A DNA stretch of 63,773 nucleotides from an uncultured Roseivirgaceae bacterium (GCA_964482185.1 CAYZWN010000001.1:1-63773), one strand, 5' to 3'; counted from the first letter of the stretch, positions 48,058-60,027 are shown. The notes: generated from the sequence alone by a model not told the origin. Numbers and translations are program-made.

Positions 48058-48187
48058 AATCAATAAAATTATAGACACACAATATGATTAATTTTTTATT
48101 AATAAGGTTACCGCTATGGATAATCTGCCATAAACTATTTGAATAATCAAGCGTTCTATGACTACATTTGCGGCCAAATTATAAGGT

Positions 48188-49153
48188 ATGATCGATCAGA
48201 AAGTAGCAATATTGGATCTCGGGACCAACACATTTAATCTCCTTTTGGTGAAAATTACATCGAAGGCGTATTATATATTTCATAATGAGAAAGTACCTGT
48301 GATGCTTGGCAAAGACGGGATTACCAAGGGCATCATAACTCCAGATGCACAACAGAGAGCCCTGGTTGCATTGAAATATTATAAGGAAATCATTGACTCA
48401 GAGAAAATAACAAACATTTATGGTTATGCAACCAGCGCCTTCAGAGACGCGAAAAACGGCCCGGCATTTCGGGACCGGATTCTGGAAAAGACAGGCATAT
48501 CCGTTACAATTGTATCAGGTGAAGATGAAGCGGCTTTCATTTATCGCGGAGTACAAACCGCATTTGATATTGGCGGTGAAAATGCCCTGATCATGGACAT
48601 TGGAGGGGGAAGCGTTGAGCTTATTATCGGGAACCGAAACAAGGCCGTCTGGAAAAAAAGTTTTAACATCGGCGCTCAACGACTGCTTGACTGGTTTCAT
48701 CCTGTAGATCCTATGACGACAAGGGATATCGAAAAAATAAACCTGTTTTTCGATAAGGAACTGAAAGAACTGACGGAACAAATGGATATCTATAAACCTA
48801 ATTGCCTTATTGGTTCCTCCGGCACATTTGACACCTTAAGCGATATTTACCAGCATCATATCAATCGATTTACCAATGGCGATGCCACGGAGTTTCCGCT
48901 TACTACCGGTGGATTTGAAAAAATATATCAGCAGATCATCCATCTGCATAGAGAAGAAAGACTAAAAATCCCCGGTATGATCGCGATGAGGGTTGATATG
49001 ATTGTCGTTGCTTCATGCCTTGTTAAATACGTAATCGATCAATTCAGTATTGAATCAATCAGAGTTTCCGCTCATGCTCTAAAGGAAGGAATGATAAGCG
49101 AGATACAACAGAATATGGTCACTTCATTCAAGCTTATCGCTTCCAACAACTAG
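48188..49153 (+). CDS. Ppx/GppA family phosphatase (exopolyphosphatase-like)
   Basis: 321-aa ORF with ASKHA-fold motifs VAILDLGTNTFNLLL, ATSAFRDAKNG and MDIGGGSVE. Confidence 0.85.
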   Translation: MIDQKVAILDLGTNTFNLLLVKITSKAYYIFHNEKVPVMLGKDGITKGIITPDAQQRALVALKYYKEIIDSEKITNIYGYATSAFRDAKNGPAFRDRILEKTGISVTIVSGEDEAAFIYRGVQTAFDIGGENALIMDIGGGSVELIIGNRNKAVWKKSFNIGAQRLLDWFHPVDPMTTRDIEKINLFFDKELKELTEQMDIYKPNCLIGSSGTFDTLSDIYQHHINRFTNGDATEFPLTTGGFEKIYQQIIHLHREERLKIPGMIAMRVDMIVVASCLVKYVIDQFSIESIRVSAHALKEGMISEIQQNMVTSFKLIASNN

Positions 49154-49227
49154 CATTTGCTGATTTTCATCACTTTTATTTCTATTATAATCTATAATTT
49201 TGCATCCTTTTAAACTGGCAAGGAAAG

Positions 49228-50310
49228 ATGTATTCATATAATTCTCTGAAAAATTTTACAAGCGAAGTCTTCGCTGGGATTGGATGCGAACCCGGGCAGG
49301 CTGAATCCGCGGCGGTTGCCCTCGTTACAGCAGACCTCCGGGGAGTTGATTCGCATGGAGTAGCAAGGCTATCGGGGTATGTAAGGCTTTGGGAGGCCGG
49401 AAGAATCAATCCGACCCCGGACATACGTATCGTACATGAAACGCCCAGTACCGCAGTATTGGATGGCGATGCCGGACTTGGGCTTGTCGTTGGTCCGGTT
49501 GCCATGAAAATTGCCATGAGCAAGGCAAAACATGTTGGCACAGGATGGGTCTCCGTGAGAAACTCGAACCATTTTGGGATTGCCGGTTATCATTCTATGC
49601 TAGCCCTGGATGAGGATATGATCGGCATCAGCATGACGAATGCAAGTCCCCTGGTTGCTCCTACCTGGTCTAAAGAGCAAATGCTCGGCACCAATCCGAT
49701 TGCCGTGGCCATTCCCGCAGGAGAAGAGCCTCCGTTTGTGGCCGATTTTGCCACCACAACAGCAGCTAATGGAAAACTCGAAATTCTTCAACGAAAGAAT
49801 GAATCAGCCCCCCTGGGCTGGGTTCAGGACAAAAATGGTCTCCCATCCACCGATCCTTTCGAGCTGAAAAATGGCGGCGCGCTCCTGCCTTTGGGAAGTG
49901 ACAGAGAGCACGGTAGCCACAAAGGTTACTGCCTGGGCTCCATTGTTGATATATTTTCAGCGGTACTTTCGGGGGCGAGTTACGGGCCGTGGGCACCGCC
50001 TTTCGTCAGTTTTCTGCCGGTTGCAGATGACATGCCTGGCGTGGGTTTGGGCCATTTTTTTGGCGCAATGCGCATTGATGCATTTCAGCCAAAACAAAGT
50101 TTCAAGGACAACATGGACAAATGGATCAAAAGATTCAGGAGTGCCACCCCAATAGATGGATACGAATCAGTGCTGGTGCCCGGCGATCCGGAAAGATTGA
50201 TGGAAATTGAAAGGCTAAAAACAGGCATTCGGCTTGTTCCCGCTGTTGAGAATGATCTTCAGATTTTAGCCAAGCGTTTTGGCATCGAGTTGATGAAGGC
50301 GGCTAAATAA
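49228..50310 (+). CDS. Ldh_2 family (malate/L-lactate/sulfolactate dehydrogenase type 2) oxidoreductase
   Basis: 360-aa ORF: GVDSHGVARLSGYV, NSNHFGIAGYH, TNPIAVAIP, HKGY. Confidence 0.85.
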   Translation: MYSYNSLKNFTSEVFAGIGCEPGQAESAAVALVTADLRGVDSHGVARLSGYVRLWEAGRINPTPDIRIVHETPSTAVLDGDAGLGLVVGPVAMKIAMSKAKHVGTGWVSVRNSNHFGIAGYHSMLALDEDMIGISMTNASPLVAPTWSKEQMLGTNPIAVAIPAGEEPPFVADFATTTAANGKLEILQRKNESAPLGWVQDKNGLPSTDPFELKNGGALLPLGSDREHGSHKGYCLGSIVDIFSAVLSGASYGPWAPPFVSFLPVADDMPGVGLGHFFGAMRIDAFQPKQSFKDNMDKWIKRFRSATPIDGYESVLVPGDPERLMEIERLKTGIRLVPAVENDLQILAKRFGIELMKAAK

Positions 50311-50845
50311 AAAATGTCAATCGATAAATCCATTCGCTGTTGTAAGGCGATCGCTGTGTATCGTATTGAAAATTATAAAGAATGGTGATGCCAACATTGC
50401 CTTTACGCCCGACCGGCTGCATAAAACCACCTCCCAGAAACAATCCCGGCACCCACTCCCGAATGAATTCTCCACCGGTGGTTGGAAATTCATAACTCAA
50501 CGCCTCGTATTCGCCATGAGCGAAAATAGGACCGAATAAACTCATTCTGGAAAACAGTCTGCCTCCGTAAGAATGTGTGGATTCTTTGAAACTATCTCCG
50601 TTTTGATAGTAATATCTTTGGTCAATAAACATGTAGGTGATTCCAAGTCCGGCGGTCAGCCTCGGTGAAACCCTGTATGCTGCAGCAGGTGATAATTCAA
50701 CGAAGGAATAATTATCACTGATCCATGCGCCAAATCCTCCACCAAAAGTAACACGATCCATAAAAGATTCCCCTTGTTGATCCTGAGCTGCCAGTTTCAG
50801 GCCTGAACATAAAAAAAAGAATACAACAATAATTTTGTAAACCAT
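50303..50845 (-). CDS. Small outer-membrane beta-barrel-like protein, hypothetical
   Basis: The ORF runs up to 50908. The likely start is MVYKIIVVFFFLCSGLKLAAQ (50845). The sequence alternates aromatic and Gly residues and ends in F-F-I. Its 3' end overlaps the convergent Ldh_2 gene by 8 nt. Confidence 0.55.
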   Translation of the reverse strand: MVYKIIVVFFFLCSGLKLAAQDQQGESFMDRVTFGGGFGAWISDNYSFVELSPAAAYRVSPRLTAGLGITYMFIDQRYYYQNGDSFKESTHSYGGRLFSRMSLFGPIFAHGEYEALSYEFPTTGGEFIREWVPGLFLGGGFMQPVGRKGNVGITILYNFQYDTQRSPYNSEWIYRLTFFI

Positions 50846-50897
50846 AACTTTATTTAGAATGCGACAGGGGATTAACGAAAAGTCGGTCAGAAAAATT

Positions 50898-51185
50898 TCA
50901 CTCCTCAACGATTACATAGAGGTCTTCACTGTCTTTTTTCATTAGATAGTTTTCTCTTGCGAATTTTTCCAGCGCCTCCGAATTGGTTAGCAATTGTTCA
51001 CGCTCCTGCTCAACTTCCTGAATTTTTGACTGATAAAAATCTTTTTCCTGCTCCAGCGTTTTGAGTTGTCTTCCCAATCGGTATTGCGTGTATAAATCAT
51101 TGGAATCAAGAAAAATCATCCATAGTAAAAATATGGCACCGGCAGCAAAATAAAAGTTTTTGAATGTTTTTGGCAGTTTTTTCAT
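50898..51185 (-). CDS. ftsB: Septum formation initiator family protein (FtsB/DivIC-like)
   Basis: 95-aa ORF with one TM segment then a coiled coil (LKTLEQEKDFYQSKIQEVEQEREQL...ALEKFARENYLMKK). It lies in the conserved eno-ftsB synteny. Confidence 0.8.
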   Translation of the reverse strand: MKKLPKTFKNFYFAAGAIFLLWMIFLDSNDLYTQYRLGRQLKTLEQEKDFYQSKIQEVEQEREQLLTNSEALEKFARENYLMKKDSEDLYVIVEE

Positions 51186-51330
51186 CTTTGCTTTGATCGA
51201 TTGCTAAAATAAACATTTAAATAACAGTAAAACAAATGACCTATTTTAAATTCTCGTGAATGAAAATGAAAACATGCCGATTTTTTGAAAAAACCACCGA
51301 TGATCGCTCTATCCGTCCTGAAAAAAGGCT

Positions 51331-51373
51331 CTAAAATAAAATAGCCATGCACTTTGCTGGTGCACGGCTATTT
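51331..51373 (-). terminator. Intrinsic terminator after eno
   Basis: 12-bp stem 51341..51352 / 51360..51371 (one G-U pair on the minus-strand RNA). On the minus strand it is followed by TTTTATTTTAG. Confidence 0.8.
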
Positions 51374-51393
51374 GTGATAAATCTTTTAATACT

Positions 51394-52677
<1,284 letters not shown>

Positions 52678-52685
52678 TTAAAAAT

Positions 52686-53789
52686 TTAGTTATTAGACAT
52701 TAGTTTGACGAAAGAATCAAATAAATACCTGGAGTCATGAGGTCCAGGAGATGATTCCGGGTGATACTGCACGGAAAAAACAGGCTTGTCTTTTAACCTG
52801 ATTCCGGCAATTGTATTGTCATTAAGATTTACATGGGTAATCTCTATATTATCATTATTATCAATATCCTCTCTGGTTACGCAAAAACCATGATTTTGAG
52901 ATGTCACCTCACATAATCCTGTTTGAAGATTTTTAATCGGATGATTGAGCCCCCGGTGACCATGATGCATTTTATAAGTCGATAAGCCACTGGCCAGCGC
53001 AACAATCTGGTGTCCCAGACAAATACCAAAAGTTGGCTTTCCTGATGCAATTATTTTTTTAGCTGTTGCGATGGCATAATCCATGGCCGCCGGATCTCCG
53101 GGACCATTGGAAAGAAAATAACCGTTCGGATTCCACTTTTCCATTTCTTCGAATGAGGTTTTAGCCGGATATATCCTTACATAGCAACCGCGTTGCGTGA
53201 GATTTTTCAGGATGCTAAGCTTGATGCCGATATCCAGTGCGGCAATTTTAAATTTGCTGTTTGGATCTCCATAGAAAAAAGCTTCTTTGGTCGATACTAC
53301 CGACGCCAACTCCAACCCATCCATAGAGGGTATCTCCTTTAACTTTTTCTTTAAAACTTCCGTATCGAGTTCCTCTGAAGAAATGAGGCAATTCATCGCT
53401 CCTTTATTCCTGATATGTCGCACCAATTTTCTGGTGTCTATGTTGGATATGCCGACTACATCGTGCCTTATCAGATAGTCCTGTAGTGAACTTTCTGACT
53501 GAAACCGACTGTGAACAATCGAGTAATCATTTACCACCAATCCTGAAATCTTAGGTTTTTCTGACTCTTGCTCTTCACTGTGAACCCCATAATTACCAAT
53601 ATGCGAAGTTGTATTCACGATGATCTGTCCATAATAGGACGGATCGGTGTAGATTTCCTGATAGCCTGTCATGCCGGTATTGAAGCAAATCTCTCCTCCG
53701 GTTGTACCCTTTTTTCCAATCGCGTTTCCTGTAAAAAAAGTACCGTCTTCTAAAACTAAAACTGCTTTATATTTGGAAATATATTTCAT
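52686..53789 (-). CDS. carA: Carbamoyl-phosphate synthase small (glutaminase) subunit
   Basis: 367-aa ORF: LVLEDGT.F.G, FNTGMTGYQE, GICLGHQ, QYHPE. Confidence 0.94.
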   Translation of the reverse strand: MKYISKYKAVLVLEDGTFFTGNAIGKKGTTGGEICFNTGMTGYQEIYTDPSYYGQIIVNTTSHIGNYGVHSEEQESEKPKISGLVVNDYSIVHSRFQSESSLQDYLIRHDVVGISNIDTRKLVRHIRNKGAMNCLISSEELDTEVLKKKLKEIPSMDGLELASVVSTKEAFFYGDPNSKFKIAALDIGIKLSILKNLTQRGCYVRIYPAKTSFEEMEKWNPNGYFLSNGPGDPAAMDYAIATAKKIIASGKPTFGICLGHQIVALASGLSTYKMHHGHRGLNHPIKNLQTGLCEVTSQNHGFCVTREDIDNNDNIEITHVNLNDNTIAGIRLKDKPVFSVQYHPESSPGPHDSRYLFDSFVKLMSNN

Positions 53790-54058
53790 TCTAAGGGGGT
53801 TATTAATGGGTGTGCAAAGTAACTGATAATATCGAACTTATCAAAGTCAGAATACCCCGGTTGCAGTCTGGTAACACAAAAATAATAGCAGTCGGGCTGA
53901 AGGATTGCAACGGATACTTTTCCTGTCTTCGCATGCCAACATAACGCCAAGCCCCTGTCATAAAATAAACGAATAATGAATGGATTCTCATCCTTTTCAT
54001 TTCTGACTTTGCCTGGTTGATAAGAATAGTTGTCGGGGTAAATATTAGAGACAGATGC

Positions 54059-55186
54059 CTAACATTTAAACAGTGACAAAATGATGTCATCTGCAATAAA
54101 TTTTCCTTTGCGGGTAAGATAAATTACATCATTCTCCAATTTTATAAGCTGCGCCCGTTCAAGATGGCTCAGTTTTGCGCTGTGTTCTTCCATGATATCA
54201 AAATCAAAAAGTGTTTTCAAATCAAGCAGATTACACCCCCATTTGGTGCGCAGCGAAGTGAGCAGAAATTCGTTGATCCTGGCCTTTTCATCGAGCATCT
54301 CAATTTCATATGGTATTTCGTTCTGGCTGATGGATTTGAGGTATTTGGCATTATTATCAATATTGAATTGCCGACTTTCGCCATTGTATGAATGTGCACC
54401 GGGCCCTATCCCGAGATATTTGATGTTTTTCCAGTAGGAAGTGTTGTGTCGTGCATAGTTCTGGTCTCTGCAAAAATTAGAGATTTCATAATGGTCATAT
54501 TCGTTTTGTTCAAGTCTGCTGATGAGGAAATCGAATTGACTGGCGGTCTCATCTTCATCCACCTTTTTGAATTTTCCTTTTTTATACCAATTGCCGAAAA
54601 CAGTTTTTTCTTCAACCGTAAGGCTGTAGGCTGAAAGGTGTTCCGGCCTGTACTCCATGGCAATGTCAATATCTTTTTCCAGGATAGCTTTGCTGCTTCC
54701 GGGAATTGCGAAAATGAGGTCAAACGAAAGATTATCGAAACCCACCTTCCTGGCATTTTTAAGGCAATTAATCGCATCTTCGGATGAATGCGCCCTGTTA
54801 AGTAATTTCAATACATCATCATTGAACGACTGGATCCCAATGCTTAGCCGGTTTATCCCGATATTGCGCAAAGCAATCAGCTTTTGCCGTGTGAGGTCAT
54901 CCGGATTGGCCTCAAGTGTAATTTCCGGGCTGCTGTTAATTGTAAAATTGCCATAAACAGCATCGAGAATTATCTGAATATCGCTGACATCAAGAATTGA
55001 AGGTGTGCCTCCGCCGAAATAGATGGTGTCAAGTGCCTCACCGCGCAGATATAACTTTTGAAGTGCCGCTTCCCTTACCAAAGCCATCACCATTTGATTT
55101 TTGTATGAAAGGTTGGTGCTGAAATGAAAATCACAGTAATAGCACGCTTGTTTACAAAAGGGTATATGAATGTACAGACCAGCCAA
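54059..55186 (-). CDS. hemW: Radical SAM heme chaperone HemW (oxygen-independent coproporphyrinogen oxidase-like)
   Basis: The ORF track extends to ATG 55402, which would overlap the divergent gene. An in-frame TTG at 55186 gives the typical N-terminus M-AGLYIHIPFCKQACYYCDF (CxxxCxxC) and a 375-aa product. ATG 55276 is the alternative start. Confidence 0.85.
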   Translation of the reverse strand: MAGLYIHIPFCKQACYYCDFHFSTNLSYKNQMVMALVREAALQKLYLRGEALDTIYFGGGTPSILDVSDIQIILDAVYGNFTINSSPEITLEANPDDLTRQKLIALRNIGINRLSIGIQSFNDDVLKLLNRAHSSEDAINCLKNARKVGFDNLSFDLIFAIPGSSKAILEKDIDIAMEYRPEHLSAYSLTVEEKTVFGNWYKKGKFKKVDEDETASQFDFLISRLEQNEYDHYEISNFCRDQNYARHNTSYWKNIKYLGIGPGAHSYNGESRQFNIDNNAKYLKSISQNEIPYEIEMLDEKARINEFLLTSLRTKWGCNLLDLKTLFDFDIMEEHSAKLSHLERAQLIKLENDVIYLTRKGKFIADDIILSLFKC

Positions 55187-55222
55187 AATTGTTACTTTTA
55201 CGCAAATTTTGATCAAATAAAT

Positions 55223-56959
55223 TTGAGATTCAAGGCTTTCATTGTCATATCGCTCCTGGTAATCACACAACTTCATGTGTTTGCCCAGAAAAAAATGACT
55301 GTACATACGCAGTTTTTCAAATCGGAAGCCTCCGGCGAAAAGATTTTGCCTGACCGCTCTTTCCAGGTCGATTCGCTGGGCATGTATGCTGAAATCGGTC
55401 AAAGGCTGAGGACACTATACGAGCAAGGTTACCTGTTAGCAGATTATTCTGTTGCCAGATTGGATGACGCTTCGGCTCAGATCAATTTTTTCGTGGGAGA
55501 AGTGTACGTTTTAGGAAACTTATGCCAGGGCAACGTACCTGATCAGATGCTCAATAAAGCCGGATATAAACCCCTGCAGTATCATAATAAGTCATTTTCA
55601 TATAACCGCCTGACCCAGCTGTTCAATTCAATCCTTGATTATGCGGAAAACCATGGCTATCCTTTTGCCTCGGTAAAACTGGATTCTATAAATGTTTCGC
55701 AAAACGAGCTATCAGCCTGTCTGAATTATCACTCTGGCCCCTATATCGTGTTCGATTCGTTGGCTATGAGCGGCATCGACAAATTAAAACCTGAGTACCT
55801 GATGACACACCTGGGAATGTATAAAGGCCGTCCTTATGAAGAAAACATTATTAAAAGCATAAAAAATAAGCTTAGTCTGTTACCGTTCATCCGGCTGACC
55901 AGCGAACCTGAAATACTTATCAGCGATGGTAAATGCACGGTTATACTGGATTTGCAGGAACAAAAGGTGAGCTCAATTGACGGTGTGCTGGGATTGCTGC
56001 CAAATGAAAATACAGAAAGCAAAATGCTGATAACAGGGCAAGTGCTCCTTGATCTGAAAAATCTTTTTGCCTCGGGTAAAAGCATCAAATTTGAATGGCA
56101 GCGATATGATGCTAATTCACAGTTGCTGAATATGGCCTATTATCATCCGAATATCTTTCGTACCCCTTTAAGTTTTGGCGTTCACTTTGATTTGCTTAAA
56201 CAGGACACCACTTTTTTGAACCGGTCGATTGGCCTTGACTTGTCCACGCTCACGATCAAAGGGGGCAACATTGGTTTTTCAACAGATTTTTTCTCTTCAA
56301 GACTCATCAGTACAGCCGGAATTGAAGATGCTCAGATACTTCCGGAAAATAATGATTTCAATCTCAACCACTACGGCCTGTATTACAGCGTAAACCGGGT
56401 TGAATTACGCGGCTTACCGGCCAGGAAATGGAGTGGGGATTTTAAAGCCTCAGTTGGTCAGAAAAAAATCATTAAAAACCCATTGATTTCGGATGATGTC
56501 TATGATGATATTGAACTAAATACCACGCAATACAAAATGACAGGCTTGCTGGAAAAATTCTGGTATTTGGGGAAGGTCTCTGTGCTCAGGGCCAGGGCGC
56601 TTGGAGGCTATCTGAACGGCAAACAACTATTTACTGCCGAACTTTTCAGGTTAGGTGGTCTTAAAAACCTGAGAGGCTTTACCGAGCAGTCAGTATTCGC
56701 TTCAGGATTCGGTATTATGAATCTGGAAACCAGATTTTACTTTTCCGAAGAAAGCCATTTTTTGATTTTTTTTGATCAGGGCATCATTGCCAATGAAATC
56801 ATTCAAACTTTGGATTATCCTTTTGGGTTAGGTACCGGCCTGAGTTTCGATACTGATGCAGGGCTGTTTAACATTGTATTTGCACTCGGCAAATCGAGCA
56901 CCCAGCCATTTGATCTCAGCTATTCTAAAATTCATTTTGGATATATAGGCAGATTTTAA
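55223..56959 (+). CDS. BamA/TamA (Omp85/surface antigen D15) family outer-membrane protein
   Basis: The ORF track starts at 55124. TTG 55223 gives a clean signal peptide, M-RFKAFIVISLLVITQLHVFAQ. A POTRA-like N-terminal region is followed by a beta-barrel ending in HFGYIGRF (terminal Phe). Confidence 0.7.
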   Translation: MRFKAFIVISLLVITQLHVFAQKKMTVHTQFFKSEASGEKILPDRSFQVDSLGMYAEIGQRLRTLYEQGYLLADYSVARLDDASAQINFFVGEVYVLGNLCQGNVPDQMLNKAGYKPLQYHNKSFSYNRLTQLFNSILDYAENHGYPFASVKLDSINVSQNELSACLNYHSGPYIVFDSLAMSGIDKLKPEYLMTHLGMYKGRPYEENIIKSIKNKLSLLPFIRLTSEPEILISDGKCTVILDLQEQKVSSIDGVLGLLPNENTESKMLITGQVLLDLKNLFASGKSIKFEWQRYDANSQLLNMAYYHPNIFRTPLSFGVHFDLLKQDTTFLNRSIGLDLSTLTIKGGNIGFSTDFFSSRLISTAGIEDAQILPENNDFNLNHYGLYYSVNRVELRGLPARKWSGDFKASVGQKKIIKNPLISDDVYDDIELNTTQYKMTGLLEKFWYLGKVSVLRARALGGYLNGKQLFTAELFRLGGLKNLRGFTEQSVFASGFGIMNLETRFYFSEESHFLIFFDQGIIANEIIQTLDYPFGLGTGLSFDTDAGLFNIVFALGKSSTQPFDLSYSKIHFGYIGRF

Positions 56960-57020
56960 ATATTTTTAAATTGATTTGTACTGGTTTAAATAGCTTTTCT
57001 AATCTCATATCTGATACTTC

Positions 57021-58142
57021 TTGGATACAAAGAAAGTTTTTCTGATAGCCATTCTTTTAAGCTTCTGTCATCTGGCAGTTGAAGCACAATTTCTTGTCAA
57101 GAAAGATTTAAGTCTCGACTGGCTATTCATGAACAAGGCAGAGCAACGACTGCTTCCTTTTCTGGATAATAATGCAAACAGGCCTTATGCTATTCATCTG
57201 AAGCTGGACAGTGATTATGGAAAAGAGACGTATCTTAAAATCAGCATCCCATCAGGAACAAGCCTTTTTATCGAAAACAGGTTTTACCTGCATTTCGATG
57301 ATAAATCAGAAGAACTTTTTTTATTAGATAGTTTGTTGTCTTACTTCAATTCGGCCCCGGCTTATTTCACACTTTACAGAAAGGCAAGATTTGATTATCC
57401 ACCGAAAGCGGTCATCGGGTACAAACAGCAGAGTATAGGTGCTGCATCAGATGTTAACCCCGTGAGCTTACGCCAAATCGATAACAGAGATGATTACCTG
57501 AAACTAATCATTCTGGTTGTTTTCACATTTTTTGTGATATTGAAGGTTGCTTTGCCTGCCGAACTTGCTGATTTCTACAGCCTGTCCGCTTTATTTTCAT
57601 TTCGATTTACAGCTACACTGTTGGCCAAATGGCGGACATTAACCAAAACACATACCATTATCATTATTTACCAGGCAGCAATGATGGCCGCGCTCATGGT
57701 GATATCGTTGCATTTCTATAATAACCCGTTGGGCGACATTTTTATAATGCATTGGAATCCCTTTTTTGGGTGGTTTTTTGTCTTTATCCTTACCCTGATC
57801 TCCATATTTCTCAAATACATCCTTATTTCGGTTTTGAGTTCTTTATTTGGAGTAGGAGAACGTATAAATTTCTATTTTCTGGAGTACCTGAGAATGGCGA
57901 TGATTTTTTATTCCATTATCTTCGTGATCCTTGCTTATTCAATCATCAATCATTTTCACACAATCAGCAACTTGCTGAATTCGCTTATATTTCTGGCTAT
58001 TATTTTTAACTTTCTCCGGATCGCCGCGATATATTTCAAATTAAGGGGCATAGTAGCCATTAAAAATCTACATTTATTTTCTTACCTTTGCAGCGCTGAA
58101 CTCATCCCTATTGTTTTGGGATTGAACTTTTTTGTAAAATAA
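57021..58142 (+). CDS. DUF4271-like polytopic membrane protein
   Basis: 373-aa ORF with a signal peptide, an exported N-domain and about 6 TM segments. It sits immediately upstream of hemD, as is usual in Bacteroidota. Confidence 0.65.
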   Translation: MDTKKVFLIAILLSFCHLAVEAQFLVKKDLSLDWLFMNKAEQRLLPFLDNNANRPYAIHLKLDSDYGKETYLKISIPSGTSLFIENRFYLHFDDKSEELFLLDSLLSYFNSAPAYFTLYRKARFDYPPKAVIGYKQQSIGAASDVNPVSLRQIDNRDDYLKLIILVVFTFFVILKVALPAELADFYSLSALFSFRFTATLLAKWRTLTKTHTIIIIYQAAMMAALMVISLHFYNNPLGDIFIMHWNPFFGWFFVFILTLISIFLKYILISVLSSLFGVGERINFYFLEYLRMAMIFYSIIFVILAYSIINHFHTISNLLNSLIFLAIIFNFLRIAAIYFKLRGIVAIKNLHLFSYLCSAELIPIVLGLNFFVK

Positions 58143-58181
58143 GCGCCAAACCGTACGGCATTTTATAAAGATTAGGAAACA

Positions 58182-58949
58182 ATGTTTGATAAGAGCAGAT
58201 TGGAAAAAGTGAGAAGCATCCTGGTTTCTCAGCCAGAGCCAAAAGATGAGGATTCTCCTTACCGGAAACTTTCCGAAAAATACAAAATCAAAATCGATTT
58301 CAGGCCATTTATTTATATCGAGCCTGTTTCTTTGAAGGATTTCAGGAAGCAAAAAGTAGAGGTGCTTCAGTATACGGCTGTAATTTTCACCAGCAGAAAT
58401 GCGGTTGATCATTTCTTCAGGTTGTGCAAGGAGATGAAAATTGAAGTCCCTGCCGACATGAAGTATTTTTGCATTTCAGATCAAACGGCTAATTATCTCC
58501 AGAAATATATAGTAATCCGGAAACGCAAAATCTTTACCGGGTCCAAAACAGCCCAGGATTTAATCGAAATACTAAAAAAGCACAAAAACGAAAAATATAT
58601 TTTTCCGTGCTCCAACATCCGTAAAAATGATATCCCTGATTTTCTGTCTAAAAACGGATATAAATTTACTGAAGCAGTCATTTACAGTACGGTAGCGAAC
58701 GATCTTTCGGATCTGGCTGATGTGAATTATGATATAATTGCTTTCTTCAGTCCGTCAGGTATTAACTCTTTATTCATTAATTTCCCGAGTTTCAAACAAA
58801 ACAAAACAAGGATTGCGGCATTTGGTCCGACTACGGCCAAGGCTGTGAAAGATGCCGGATTGGAATTGGATATCGAAGCCCCAATGCCTGATGCGCCCTC
58901 CATGACCGGTGCGCTGGAAACTTACATCAAAGCCGCGAACAATCTTTAG
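58182..58949 (+). CDS. hemD: Uroporphyrinogen-III synthase
   Basis: 255-aa ORF with the two-lobe HemD pattern (AVIFTSRNAV, IAFFSPSGI, IAAFGPTTA). Confidence 0.8.
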   Translation: MFDKSRLEKVRSILVSQPEPKDEDSPYRKLSEKYKIKIDFRPFIYIEPVSLKDFRKQKVEVLQYTAVIFTSRNAVDHFFRLCKEMKIEVPADMKYFCISDQTANYLQKYIVIRKRKIFTGSKTAQDLIEILKKHKNEKYIFPCSNIRKNDIPDFLSKNGYKFTEAVIYSTVANDLSDLADVNYDIIAFFSPSGINSLFINFPSFKQNKTRIAAFGPTTAKAVKDAGLELDIEAPMPDAPSMTGALETYIKAANNL

Positions 58950-59067
58950 GTGCAGAGTAAAAAGAGAAAGTTCTGTTTTTTTACAACAATTTTTGAAATA
59001 TTACATTTTGTAATTAATTGTAGAATTTTGTTATTTTTCATTGCTTTAAATCCCTAACGTTGTAACT

Positions 59068-60027
59068 ATGTTTATATCAGGGAGAAAAATACTATTTGTT
59101 ATAGTTTTACTTGCAGTTCTGAGACCTGTTTTCGGACAACAGGATCCCCAGTTCTCACAGTATATGTTCAATGACTTATTTAATAATCCTGCATACTCTG
59201 GGGTATCGGGCATGACCAATCTCACCACGTTATACCGGTCGCAGTGGCTTGGCTATACAGGAACCTTCGACGAGGGTGGTGCACCAAATACCTTTCTTGC
59301 AAGTTTTAATGCGCCTATATTTAAGCTCAGAAGCGGCGCCGGCTTTTACTTTGTCAATGACGTGATCGGACCGCAAAACAATATTCAGTTTATGGCATCA
59401 TACGCTTACCACCTCGCTGTCGGTAATGGCAAACTAAGTTTCGGTCTCCGCGGCGGTGTCTATGGGCAATCAATTGATTTCTCCCAGTACAGGGCAGTGA
59501 GACCGGACGATCCATTACTACTAAATGGTAAGGAAAGCCAATACAGGCCGGATATGGGAGCGGGCATCTATTATAAAACAGAAAAGTATTATGCGGGTGT
59601 AAGTATGAATCACATTCTGAACACAAATTTTGATTTCAATACCGATTCACTCAGAAATGCTTTGGCAAACAACGTAGTCATTAATGGTGGTTACGTGTAT
59701 GAGCTCAATTACGATGTAGTACTGACACCAACCTTGCTTGTGAAGACAGATTTTGTATCGTATTCGTTTGATATAGGCATTTTAGGAACTTACAGAGAAA
59801 AATTCTGGGGAGGGTTATCCTACAGGCAATCTGAGGCAGTCATTGCTATCATGGGAATGAATCTTCTTAAGGATAAATCGTTGAAGCTTGGTTATTCTCT
59901 TGATTATGTGATCCAGGCACAAAAAGCCAAGCAGGCTACATCTCATGAGTTACTCCTGAGCTATAATATGCCTGCGATGACCGGAGGTGGTAAAAAAATT
60001 ATAAGAACCCCGCGATTCAGACATTAA
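59068..60027 (+). CDS. porP: PorP/SprF family type IX secretion system membrane protein
   Basis: 319-aa ORF with a signal peptide then the family signature QQDPQFSQYMFN...NPAY. The pattern is beta-barrel-like, and the gene lies directly upstream of gldK. Confidence 0.88.
   Translation: MFISGRKILFVIVLLAVLRPVFGQQDPQFSQYMFNDLFNNPAYSGVSGMTNLTTLYRSQWLGYTGTFDEGGAPNTFLASFNAPIFKLRSGAGFYFVNDVIGPQNNIQFMASYAYHLAVGNGKLSFGLRGGVYGQSIDFSQYRAVRPDDPLLLNGKESQYRPDMGAGIYYKTEKYYAGVSMNHILNTNFDFNTDSLRNALANNVVINGGYVYELNYDVVLTPTLLVKTDFVSYSFDIGILGTYREKFWGGLSYRQSEAVIAIMGMNLLKDKSLKLGYSLDYVIQAQKAKQATSHELLLSYNMPAMTGGGKKIIRTPRFRH

Noticed and set aside
53803-54096. A 97-aa minus-strand ORF in the carA-hemW spacer.
   Set aside because: It overlaps the 3' end of hemW and has an odd composition with no motifs. 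The region more likely represents the long carA 5' leader/promoter.
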